Source of the DNA: the human T2T-CHM13v2.0 reference genome, Homo sapiens
Reading direction: 5' to 3' (one strand)
DNA length: 64,000 nucleotides
Assembly (NCBI RefSeq): GCF_009914755.1
Contig: NC_060926.1
Shown here: positions 38,631-50,839 of the stretch, one piece after another
Position numbering within the stretch: the first letter of the stretch is position 1
Layout: each line of letters starts with the position of its first letter
Position numbers and translations under genes: made by a program
Notes under the pieces: model-generated
Seen by the model: the letters and a program-made list of their open reading frames with translations, nothing else
Told to the model about the DNA's origin: nothing
The model's database searches: none

Positions 38631-40427
38631 CACAGGGAGAAACCTAACATTTACTCAGGATTTAACTAAAAAACCTTTCTTTTGGACTTAGTCACCAGTC
38701 GAAATGGCTAAGCCAGAAGGATATGTGGCTGGAGACCAAGTTAGAAGTTTAGAATATTTGTCTTCTTCGGCCAGTCCCATTGTCCTAACTTGGGTTATGT
38801 ACTTAGTCACAGATCTTCGCTGCAAACAGTAGAAGCCTACTCTGGATGATTTAAGCAGAGGGATTTATTAGAAGGCATTGGGTGAGCCAGAGAATTAGGC
38901 TCCGGGTAAGCCTGGTTCTTACTCTGTTGAATATTTACACAATCGCCATCATGTCAAAATTCCAATGCGGAAACTAGACAGCTGAGAAAACAGAAGAAGC
39001 CCCACCAGCAAGCTGCAAGTGTACTCTTTACAGCTCCACAGTTGCATCTAGAATGCAATTTTGCTAAAACTGCCCAAAAGAGAACTATCCATGGTCCCAG
39101 CATCTTGGGTCCCACACCCATATACAACTGTCCTTTGAGGGTGCATCTCATGCCCAGAACCTCAATCCAGGCCAATGCCCCTGTCTCAAGGGGTCCTGGG
39201 GAAGGAGGCCTGGCCTGGCATTTTCTGTGTCATTATTAGCAGGATCAGCTCTGCTTTTCATCAAGATGCATGAGGTGGCAAATTTACAAACATGGGAAAG
39301 CTTTAGGTACAGGCGGCAAGGTAGAGCAATACGGCAAGGTAGAGCAATAAATGCCCATCCCAGGCCTTCTTTCTTCCTTAAATCTTGAAGGTGGCCTTTT
39401 TCTAGGAGGATCTCAATTCTTCTTGAAAGTAGGCAACCTGAATCTCAATGTAGAACAGTTGCAAAAACAAGAGACCTATTTCAACTATTTCCAAAAGCCA
39501 TTTGAATATGACTCAAAAATGCTTACATGAAGCAAATAAATAAACAGCATGTTGTTGGTTTGCTTTATTTCACATTCTTTACTAAGAAAATATCTATTTG
39601 ATGTGGTTTGTGAACATATCCTATTCAGGAATTATGACTTAATAGATATGTTTGATAACAAAAAAGAAAGAGAAACTTTGAATTATTATTTAACATAAAG
39701 GGATTGCCTAGCAGCAAAAATGTCTGGGCTCCTATGTTAAAATATCAGGCCCACTGCAACTTATTCACTAAATAAATAAATGTATCTTTCTAATTATGGA
39801 AAATTCAAAGGCCATTAACTGTAGGACAAGGTGAAGAACCACTCCTTATCAGGGGGTTGACAGCAGGTTAATCAGTTCTGATGAGGAAGCCTGTTTAGCG
39901 TCTTGGAATTTCAGACTCAGTGTCCATTCTGCTTTCAAGTAATTACCATAGCTATAAGAGAAGTGCATGTATATTACTCTTCCTCTCCCCACCAAGGACA
40001 CCAATGGCCTGAGGAGGTATCTTGACTTAATTTTACTGCAGAATTTGAAAGGAGGCACATCAAGGTCTCACCAGTTCTTTTGTAAAGATGCCTTTTTGGC
40101 TTTCCCTAAAAAAATGGGGTGGGGTGGGAGCACCCTGGCACAGGTATGCTCAAAATTCCTGGGGCATTGGTCACGTTGCCATTCCCACATTCCTCTAGTG
40201 AATATCAGGAGGAACAGTGTCTTGTCTTATGTTTTTGCCCCATGGGAAGAAAGGCATGCATGAGAGAAGGCGAGGGACATGGGGGTGAGGGAGCTGGAGG
40301 CATGGGAAGGAGAGGATGTATTTTCCTGCCCCATCAGTATATTAAGAGGCCGTTCATTCTTAACTGTAAGAACTAGAGCATGGATTTACTAATCTGCTAT
40401 TTCATCACCTCAAAGTATCTTGAGGTA

Positions 40428-40751
40428 TTTTTATTTGTTATTATTTTTTATTATACTTAAAGTTTTAGGGTACATGTGCACATTGTGCAGGTTAGTTACA
40501 TATGTATACATGAGCCATGCTGGTGCGCTGCACCCACTAACTCGTCATCTAAGATTAGGTATATCTCCCGATACTATCCCTCCCCCCTCCCCCCACCCCA
40601 CAACAGTCCCCAGAGTGTGATATTCCCCTTCCTGTGTCCATGTGATCTCATTGTTCAATTCCCACCTATGAGTGAGAATATGCGGTGTTTGGTCTTTTGT
40701 TCTTGCGATAGGTTACTGAGAATGATGATTTCCAATTTCATCCATGTCCTA
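40428..40751 (-). mobile_element. Young 5'-truncated L1 (L1PA2-like) 3' end
   Basis: gcacattgtgcaggttagttac, gtgcgctgcacccactaactcgtcatct (GAG rather than Ta ACA), gtgtgatattcccc, aatatgcgg. Confidence 0.9.
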
Positions 40752-41132
40752 GCATGACTTTTAACTATGTTTTTTTTCCCAAAATGAAAATATAATTCAT
40801 TTTAAAGAAGATGTATACTCAAATGACTATCTGAAGGGAAAGGTGTTTGTTCCAGGACAAAGGAATAATTGGATTCAGTATAACTCTTTGCTACCAAGAA
40901 GAGCTTTGTACACCAAAACATGTGGATGAACTGAGATGTACAAAGCTCTATAAGAAGGCAAGAGAAGTCAGAGAGAGGGAAATAAATAAATCACATTTGG
41001 AAAGCACCTTCCTTAGGCCACACACAGCAATTGCTTGTTTTCACCCTCACTATAACTCTAAGAAGTAAGCATTTCCAAAGCAGTAAGTGGAGAGAGGCTA
41101 TGACCAGGATTGATCTATCATCTATCTAGCTG

Positions 41133-41182
41133 TCATGTTGGTGCAGAAGTAATTGAAGTTTTTGCCATTACTTTCTATGGCA
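41133..41182. mobile_element. Partial MADE1
   Basis: gttggtgcagaagtaattgaagtttttgccattactttctatggca. Confidence 0.8.
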
Positions 41183-41183
41183 C

Positions 41184-41787
41184 CTATCAATATCTATGTA
41201 TCTATCATCTATCTATTATCTATCTATCCATCCATCCATCTACCCATCTATCTGTCGTCTATCCATCTATTCATCTCTCTTTTCATCTATATATCATTTA
41301 TGTCATCCATTATCTATCCATTCATCATCTATCCATTTATATATCTATCCATCCACCCATCTGTTCATCTATCCATCCATTCATCTATCCATCTATCCAT
41401 CTATCATCTATCTACCTGTCTATCCTTCCACGTATTTGTCTATCTATCCATCCATGTATCATCTATATCTATCACTCTATCTATCTATCTAATCTATCCA
41501 TCATCTATTTATTATCTGTGTATCATCTATCTATTATCTATGTATGTATTCATCCATCCATCTATCCATCTATCTGTCATCTATCCATCCAGCCATCTCT
41601 CTATTCATCTATATATAATTTATACCATCTATTATCTATCCATCCATCATCCATCCATTTATCTATCTCTCCATCCATCCATCTATTCATCTATCCATCC
41701 ATTCATCCATCTATCTATCCATCTATCATCTATCTACCTATCTGTCCATCCATCTATTTGTCTATCTATCCACCCATGTATTATCTA

Positions 41788-41833
<46 letters not shown>
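41184..41833. repeat. Long degenerate (ATCT/ATCC)n tract ending in perfect (ATCT)11 at 41789-41832
   Basis: Direct inspection. Confidence 0.95.
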
Positions 41834-41853
41834 ATGTATATATTATATATGTG

Positions 41854-41854
<1 letters not shown>

Positions 41855-41898
<44 letters not shown>
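41855..41898. repeat. (TG)22 microsatellite
   Basis: Direct inspection. Confidence 0.95.
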
Positions 41899-41901
<3 letters not shown>

Positions 41902-44900
41902 CTGCTAAGCCCTGCACTTTACAGATTTCCACATCTAAGGGGCATTTCAAAAACTCTATAGCAAAATTTTCTAGATTTTGCAGAAGCTAAGACCAAGACC
42001 AAGACTAAGACTAAGGAAAGTATTTTCCCACTGTCCTAGAACTGAGGTGAAGCACAGCAGTTTGAGGAGGAAATATTGTAAGAGATTGCAATCAATGTAT
42101 GACCTGAGTGAGGGAGGGACAGAGCATTTACAAGATGACGTGCAACTCCTATGTTTTAAAGCCTTACTAAACAATGAATAGAAAAAGAATTTAACAAAGA
42201 ACCAGAAATAATTTAACAGCATGAATTTGAATTCACATGCTTACAGGAACTTTTCCAGGTTGTAGGCTATATTAGAAAATGAATTCATTAAGAATCTCCT
42301 TTACTTGCAATATCATCAAGTCTGAGAAAAACATGTGCACATCTTTATGTTTGTCTAAGCTGACATTACACTGAATTAGCCCAAATAATAGAAATGTCTA
42401 GTGTCTTTCTTTAACAACATGGGAGAATGTGGAGCAGTTTTGAGTAGTACAAGCTGGCAGTCAGAATTTAGGCCAGAAATTTAACCTGTCTCAAATTCAA
42501 TTTCATCTATAAAGTTGAAATAACAATAGAATCCAGCATTGTCTTGAGTAATAAATGAGTGTTTTACACATGCCTACCATGTAGCATAGGCTCAGTAAGC
42601 GCTGACCATTGTTGCCAGTACAATTAAGCTACATTGCAGTTGTCTAACTTACCAAGGCAGATTTCATGACTCAATTAATTCTTGAAGTGTGTATGTATCC
42701 AGTTTTAGCAAAATACCTTTCTTGTGAATTCTGTATGTATGTATAACTGCTTCATTGTGGCCTCAAAAATTATAATAATTATTTTTTGCCATCTTGTTAA
42801 GTATTGAAATATTATATAAACTGTAGTCATGTTGTTGACAATAAAACGTCTGATGCAAGTAGATCATTGGAAATGTAGCTCCACAGTGTACTCTGACATT
42901 TATTCAAAATTATTTTAATAATAAAGTATCCCTGATAATATTCAGCAAAATAAAGACCATAGAGTTCCACAGGGAAGTGTGACAATGCTGAGCTGGGTAT
43001 GAGTAGAAGAGATGACTCTGCATCTAACAGTCTCCAGTACTGGTAGCCTCCTGTGTGCACGGGTAGATTTCCTGTCCTTCACTCTTCTTTGCAGTAGTCT
43101 GTGACTATGTGCTAAGTCTGGCCAATAAACTGTAGTTAAAAGGGGCATTTGCTCTTGCAAGTTGGACCCCTTAATATCTCCCACCAAATCTACCTGGACC
43201 CCTGGATTTTTCTAATCTGCACTGGAACAAAACAGACTCAGCATGGAACAGTGTGGAGGAACAGTGTGAGATACCCCCAAATGACAAGATGGAGGAGAGT
43301 TTCACGGTCCAGATTGGAAAGTCTCATAATCAAAAAATAAATTTCTATTTGGTGCTGACCAGAGCTTTGCAGAAAACATTTGATCTCGGAGCACTCGTAC
43401 AGAGCTACTGTGTCTCAGGCCGGTATGCAGGAGGAAGGGAATGGAGTCTGAGTTACTTCTTTCCATCTGCTGCCTCTCATTGCCCATGCAACTTTAACTT
43501 CCTTGTGCTTCTCAGTTGTGGTGTCTTACTTGTCTGGCAACCTACTGGGATACCAGAGCACCCATGGTTCTCAGGAAAGGGATGTGGCAGAGACAGGCAG
43601 GTCCACGTGTTCACACAGGTCCACGTGTTCATCAGCTTGCATCTACTAGTCCTGCTGGTCTCCTGGAAAAGTCCCATTTCCCAGTCTCTGTCACAGTTAG
43701 CTACAGCCACACTTGTCAGTGCTGGTGATCCAATGTTAATGAATATAATATAACCATGTCAGAGCTTGGAAGAGGCAAAGCCACAAGATAAGAAGAGCTG
43801 GGAATAGTATTTCTGACTGTGTAAGGTACAATTCTTCTGAAAACCCAAATCGACAAATTGAGAGGTGATGTGGGAAATGACCCCATTGTCTTAAACCAAA
43901 GAAAAGTTGACATTCTTTGTTAAAGTGGTCAACCTGCTCGAACACCCCAGCTCTGGGCAGCTCCATGCCTCTATTTACAAAGGGCATGTTCTCTCTAACG
44001 GAATTTATGGCTTTTGCCCAAACTGATGGTTTCTGTTCGGGCAGGTGCATTTAATTCCTTCTGTGTTATCTTGGTCTGCGTGTTTACCCTAGACTTCTTT
44101 CCTAAATCAAACCTTGCAGAAGAACATTGACAACAAAGACAAAGAACTTATCTCCCAAACTTCACTTTGGATAAGGACAAGGATCAGATGAAACTCACTA
44201 CAAAGCAAGGCGAGTGAGCCGGCCATGTGCCGGTCCCTGCTGCTGCCTGGCATTAGGTGTAGAGGGGCAGCTCCCGTTCTTTCTCTGAAGGGCCACGTCC
44301 AAAGTTCTAGATGCTCCACCAACACACTCTACACCCACCTAGCTCACCTGGTGTCAGTTTTATTGTTATTGTTGCTCTCCTAATGTATGTTTTCTAAACA
44401 CCATGCCTTCATTTTTTGCAGAGGGCAATTACCTTCTGTTCATTTGCTGTACCTCAAGGTTGTTGAACAAAATTCACTGACACAATTAATAAATATGACC
44501 TTCAGTGTTCCTCAGAGAGCATATTACCTGATAGACATGAGAGTTGAAAACAAAAATCACTGGTCAAGTGCTCTTCTTGAGACATACTAGTTTCTTGGGA
44601 CACACGGCTGGGATTTCAGCCTGCGGTGGGGGTGTTGGAGGGCAGAAACAGAGGGCTCCGTGTTGGCTAAGCATCCTTCACACAGGTTTTCCATCATCTA
44701 GAGAGTGTGGCCCCACCTGGGAGTCTCAGGGGATTCTCTAGGCATGCTCAGTGTCCTCCCCTCATGCTCATGGAAGCCAGGCAGCCTCCAGGCCAACAAA
44801 GAGAACTGTGGGTAGCTTCCTTTAAAGGAAGCCTTTTGAAATGAAGGCCGTAGAAAATTGGGATTAGCTTCAAGCCTTAAAAATGTGTCTCAGCCACCAT

Positions 44901-45898
44901 CTGGAAAGAGGTAGAGCTTTTGAAGAGACTTGGTGTCATAGACTAGAAATCAACTTGATTCTCAGAAATTCTGTAACAGTTACCAATGGAAAGGTCTTGG
45001 CAGGTGCATGTTAGATTGTTTCTACTGTTCATTAAAACACACGTCGGAACTATATTGTTACAATGCCATTTGGCTTTTTCATTTTTTTCTGCTAAAATTT
45101 CTCATCTACCAAAAAAACACACAAATTTTATGTTCTATCCAAAGAGTGATAAGTCACACTCCCACAGGGTCGTGCTCTGGGGTGGACGTGTCAGATAATG
45201 AGGATAGGACCGTAACAGTGGACACAACAGGGCTTCTCAAACTGGGGTGAAGGGCCACTCCCTCTGTAGATTCCCACAGTGTGGGCAGGGGGACACAGTG
45301 ACTAATTTAAATTATGATAATTAGAAATATATTTTTATATTAAAGAAAATGTGAGAATATTATAAAAGGATATACAAATTCGTAATTGAACATGATAAAA
45401 TATAAGTACTCAAGAATTTTGAATCTGACAACTCTCATGCACTCTGTAGTTCCACAGAATCCTATGCTGACACTCATGCTGGTCAGGACTAAACATTCAC
45501 TTACCCTGCCTGGAGGTTCTTCCATGGAAACGCTTAGGCAGCCTGGCTGTACATGTCAGAGAGAGCATGGGGAAACTCTTACCTGAGGCATACTCATTGT
45601 GTTAGACACTTCTCTTCATAATTGGCATGGGAAAATGCAAATCACAGCCATTTTGAAAACTATCCAAAACACCGTATTGCTTAAATATTGAAAGAATCTC
45701 ATTACAAAAATATCAGGTGTGGGCATTTTCACAACATAAATACAAAAGGGTTCTTTCCATATATAATGTTTGGTTCAAACGAAGTGTTCTATTGGAAGCC
45801 TCTTCCTTATACATCTTCCTTTGCTATTTCTTTGCTAATAAAATCCCATGTGTACCTTCTGGGACAATTCCAACCCGTCCTCTCTGTGAAACTTTTTC

Positions 45899-46060
45899 CT
45901 TCTTATTTTTTTAGAGTTGGGGTGTCACTCCATTGCCCAGGCTAGAGTACAGTGGTGTGATCGTAGCTCACTGCAGCCTTGACCTCCTGGGCTCAAGAGA
46001 TCCTCCTGCCTCAACTTCCTGAGGAGCTGGAACTACAGACACGAGCCACTACACCTGGCC
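45899..46060 (-). mobile_element. FRAM (free right Alu monomer)
   Basis: Single monomer; TSD tgtgaaactttttc 45885-45898 / 46061-46074. Confidence 0.9.
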
Positions 46061-46419
46061 TGTGAAACTTTTTCTTACCAACTCTATAAACACTTCCAGT
46101 CCCCACCCAAGCCTGAAGGGATAACTGTTTCCTTTGGCAGCCATGTCATATAGATAAAATCGCATATCATCTGGCCTCAGAGAGCTTGGGTTCAAGTCCC
46201 TCCCTTTTTCCTTTTCTTAAGAGCCATTTAACTGCACAATTTAATTTTGGGGGTCTTAGTGGCTTCACAGTGAAAAGGATGTAATAGATCATAGATGTGA
46301 AAATGTATCTGTAATTGGTGTGCCATGAAAATATAAGGGAGGAACTACTTCCTAAACCCCATGTCATTTATTACATAGTCTTCTGGAAGGTTGGAAGCAA
46401 TTTATCAAATCACCTAGTG

Positions 46420-46605
46420 TTAATTCCCAACTTGGCCTCTTCTTACTATGCATATTTGGGAAAATAATCACTTAATCTTAATGAGCCTCCATTTCCCACT
46501 TGAAAAGTAAAATTTTTGTGAGCCTAATGTATCTAATTAGATAATGTACATAAAGCACTTAGAAGAAGACCTGGAACATAACAGAGGTGTAATAAATAGT
46601 GGCTG
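46420..46605 (+). mobile_element. MIR
   Basis: cacttaatcttaatgagcctccatttccca...agataatgtacataaagcacttagaa. Confidence 0.65.
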
Positions 46606-49094
46606 TGATTTTCCTAATTTAATGTCGCAAATAGATTTGCTGCAATAGGCTTCATCACATATTTCTTTGTATTAATAATGGTATACGTTTGCAACAAGAA
46701 CTTTTATCTTCAAGTCCAGGACTACGTTCAGGTTATGTCATCATCACCTATCTGTATGTGATCCTCAGCCTCTCTAATTCCGAAATGAACATATGGGGTG
46801 TAAGGGTCACTAGATGGCCCTGCACAGCATCTAACACCCTAGGAGGAAGTAAATTCCCTGTGCTTTCGTCTTGGTGTTGTGATCATTTGGCATGTGGCAT
46901 CCCAGGTGCAGCCCCCACATCCCTGAGGCAGTTTATTACCAAAAACCATGTGGAATATCAACTTCAGGACAACTAGGAGAGCATGGTGTCGATGAGCTGT
47001 TCTACTCACTGACAGTCCATTCTTGGGTTTTCCCTCTTCCCATAACTGTTTATTCCATTTCAAAGAGTCTACAGACTACAGTGGTTTCCTCTGTAACCCT
47101 TGTAACGATCTTGCAAGGTCAACATATCAGTATTTACATCTTACAAGTGAGAGAGAGAGAGGAGCATTTAAATAAATTGCCAACAGCACAAAGCTAGTGA
47201 CCGGCATTTAAACCCCAATAAATCAAACCACACAAAAAAAGCTCCAGTTTATACCTTATTGCTGTACAACCTTATATTGGTAGCATTGAGAATCTTGTGT
47301 TGATCAGAAGCCTTGATTGACAGTTATATAGTTGTTGATGAATAAAACATAAGATAATAAAAGTCTTATTATTCTAAGATGCAGTTGAATAGAAAAAAAT
47401 ATTTCCAAGAGGAAACCTTTGGGGAAAATGAGCACAGGTCTTGCTGGTGGAAGGTTCAGAGGACTCTCATTAGATTGACATTGGCTTGTGTATGCCCACC
47501 AAATAATCAAGTGAGAATAAAAGGAATCCAAATTGGGAAAGTTTGGGGTTAAATCTGGTAGCTGAAACTTAGCATGCTGAGCATATTGTAAGGACTAGAG
47601 CACCAAATCTCCTTGCAATCCCTTTCAAGCAACTTTATATGGCTACATTGGCACAACCTCCATGGTAGGCTTATTTGGTTCTCTATCAAAAACTACTGAT
47701 AAAGCCAGGAGCTATTGATGCTGGTGTGTTCTCCATTCTATGCCCTTACTCTAACTCTTCAACCGTAAATGTCAAGAGAACTCTAATTTTAAAGATTAAA
47801 CTTAGAAAATATGTCAAAACAGATTTCATTATTAGGTAATGCTGCTACCATAGTCTTTTGGTCTCTTTAAAAATGTTCAGGGCAAAATAAATTAACTTTT
47901 TAATTACTGTTTTATTTCTATTCAAATAGATTTTAATAGTCTCTGCCCTCCCTGGAATTCAATCAATTGTCCAGCTCTTCAGTCTGTATTACTTTTTGGT
48001 TAAACATGGTCAGAGCAGGTCTTTCAGAGTTTTTGGAGAAGAGATTGCACTACTTCTGGACAGAACTATGTATTTGAATTATAGTTTATAACAACAATCC
48101 ACATAATAAAATTTTGCTGTGTACTGTTATAATTGAGGGAGAACATACAAAACTAGACAGGAAAGAATTCATAATTCTCACACAATTATGAAAAAATCAA
48201 TTGAGACAAAAGGAAGAGCATACTTTCCAATAAGTGGTGTGACATTATTTTAGTCTTATGTTTTGAAACCTTTAAGATTTGGAGAAATTCCTTTGTTGTT
48301 AATTTTGTGCCAAAAATGATGTCAAAATTCTGGCGCCCTGCCATCCCAGAGCCACCTAGTGATCACATGAGCTCTCAAGGACAAGACAAGGAGAACATGT
48401 TTCCTGGCCACCCAGCCCCAGGACAAAAATAAAGACGTTTGATGATGGTCATGCTGGGACCAGAAGCTGTGGTGCCATGTGGAAGTAGGCTGCTCACCCC
48501 AGCTTCTCTAGTATTAAACAGCCAACAGCATAAACCCCACCTTTGGCTAATTATAACTTCAGCAGTTGCATGCAGGCATGAGGTATTCATCTACTAATCT
48601 CTGCTTTAGAAAATGCTAACCAAATGTACTGTTTTTATGTCTTGGTGCCTCTTTGAAGAAAAATAACAGCAAAGATGTAAGAAGGAAAGAAGAAGAAAAA
48701 GAAAGAAGGAAGAAAGGACACAACAGCTCTATTGTATTACCAAAGAAACACAAAACTTGTCCGTTTGTCCATTGCTGCATCTGTGTGGGTGTTTATGAGT
48801 ATGTGTGTTTGAGGAAAGTGAAATTCCTGTGTGACTCTGTGTTCCTAGATACTACCTAGTATTAAATAAATTCAAGAAAATCTTTTTGCTTCCACAATAC
48901 CCTATTTGCCTCTCTACTGTCCTATAGTTTTACATGTGTTGGCATCGTTTCTCCTTATAGTTGTCAATGTCATATTGCAATAAGAGGAGATAGTAAGACA
49001 AAAGCGGGATATTTGGAAGTAGCATGTGGAATGCTAGCTCTTCTCTCACCAACAAGATAACCTCAGTTACATTAATTTCCCTAAGCATTGGAGA

Positions 49095-50835
49095 ATAGAA
49101 AGATTATAGAAAAATAAACAAAACTAAGAAGTTTTTTTTTAATTGACAAACCCTTAGTAATACTACCAAAGGAAAAGAAAGACAGGACTCAAATAAAATC
49201 AGAAATAAAAGAGGAGACATTACAACAGATGCCTCAGAAACAAAAACGTGCATAAAGGACTATGATGAACAATTACATGTTAGCAAATTGGACAACCTAG
49301 AAAGAATTGATACACTTTTTGAAACAAACAACCTGCTAAGACTGAGTCAAAAAGAATTAAAAAAAAAAAAACCTGAACAGACCAATAAAAGAGAAATTGA
49401 AGTAGTAATAAAAAACCTTGTTACAAAGAAAGCCCAGGATTTGATGGCTTGCTGCTCAGTTCTACCAAACATTCAAAGAAAAATTAATATTAATCTTTCT
49501 GAAACTTCTCCATAAAATAGAAATAGAGGGAATGCTTCCAAACTCATGTTATGAGGCTGACATCACCCTGATACAAAAGCCACACAAAGATGCCAGAATA
49601 AAAGAAAACTACAGGCTAATATCTCTAATGAACATAAATGAAAAAATTCTTAATAAAATGCTTGCAAAGTAAATTCAACAACACATGGTATAGATTATAC
49701 ACTATGACCAAGTGAGATTTATTCGTGGGATTCAAGATTGGCCTGACATACCCAATCAATCAGTATGATACACCGCATTCAAAGAATGAAATATAAGGAT
49801 CACATGACCATAATACATGCAAAATAAAATTATTTGACAAAGTTTAACACCATTGATAATAAAAACATAGAAGAAAACTTTCTCCACACAATAAGGGCCA
49901 TTTATGAAAGTCCCACAACTAACATTATAATCAATAGGGAACAACTGAAAGCTTTTTACTCTAAGATCTGGTACAAGACATGAATAGCCACTCTTGCTAC
50001 TTCTTTTCAACATAGCACTGAAAGTAGTAGCCAGATAAATTAGGCAAGAAAAGAAATAAAAGTCATATTAAAAAAGCAAAATTATTTGTTTACAGATGAT
50101 ACAATCTTATATGTAAAATACCCTAAAGGCACTACAAAAAACTTACAACTAATAAACAAATTCAGTAAAGTTGCAGGATAAAAAAAAATCAACATACAAA
50201 AGTCAGTTGAATTTTGTGCACTAACAATAAACTACAATCAATCCTCAATATTGTCAATAGGTTACCAGAAACTGCAACTTTAAGCAAAATGATTCATGGT
50301 TAATCACATTTGTGGTTACCAGTGTTATACTTAATTGATGTTGAAGGAATCAGTGTTATTTAAGAACCTACTGTATATATTTTTGCTTAAAGTTATAGTT
50401 TCCAAAAACCTATCAACGGTGTTAAGTGGTCAGGATTTATTGTATCTGAAGAAATCAAGAAAATAATTCCATTTTTAATAGTATCAACAAGAATAAAATA
50501 TTTAGGTATAAATTTAATCAAGGGGGCAAAAAATCTCAACCCTGAAAACTATCAAGCATTGATGAAAACAATTGAAGAAGACACAAATAAGTGGAGAGAT
50601 ATTCATAGTTATGGATTGGAAAAATTAATATGATCAAAATGTCCATACTACCCATAATGTACAGTTTCAACACAATCCCTATCAAAATTCCAATGGCATT
50701 GTTTACAAAAATAGAAAAAGCAATTCTACGATTTTTATGGAAACACAGAAGACCTCAAATAGCTGAAACAATGTTGAGAAAGAACAAAGTTGGTGACATT
50801 TTACTTCCTGATTTCGAATTATAAAACTGTAATCA
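49095..50835 (+). mobile_element. L1 (L1MA/MB class) ORF2 internal fragment
   Basis: ORF remnants MDNLERIDTLFETNNLLRLSQKE and [22 protein letters not shown] match L1 ORF2; many frameshifts. Confidence 0.88.
50235..50442. mobile_element. MER6-family (TcMar-Tigger) MITE inserted in L1
   Basis: Imperfect TIRs (ataggtt...gaaactgcaactttaagcaaaa / ttttgcttaaagttatagtttc...aacctat), TA duplication; L1 text aacta|tctgaa rejoins on removal. Confidence 0.75.
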
Positions 50836-50839
50836 TCCT

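Noticed and set aside
41110-41961. Long ORFs (283, 233 and 98 aa) rich in I/Y/L/S/H/P
   Set aside because: Translations of the ATCT/ATCC microsatellite, which lacks stops on this strand
41987-42015. (AAGACY)n hexamer run encoding RPRPRLRL
   Set aside because: Simple short repeat in a chance ORF
43253-43753. 166-aa ORF and overlapping ORFs
   Set aside because: GTG start, no recognisable domain, ORFs on both strands; consistent with locally higher GC
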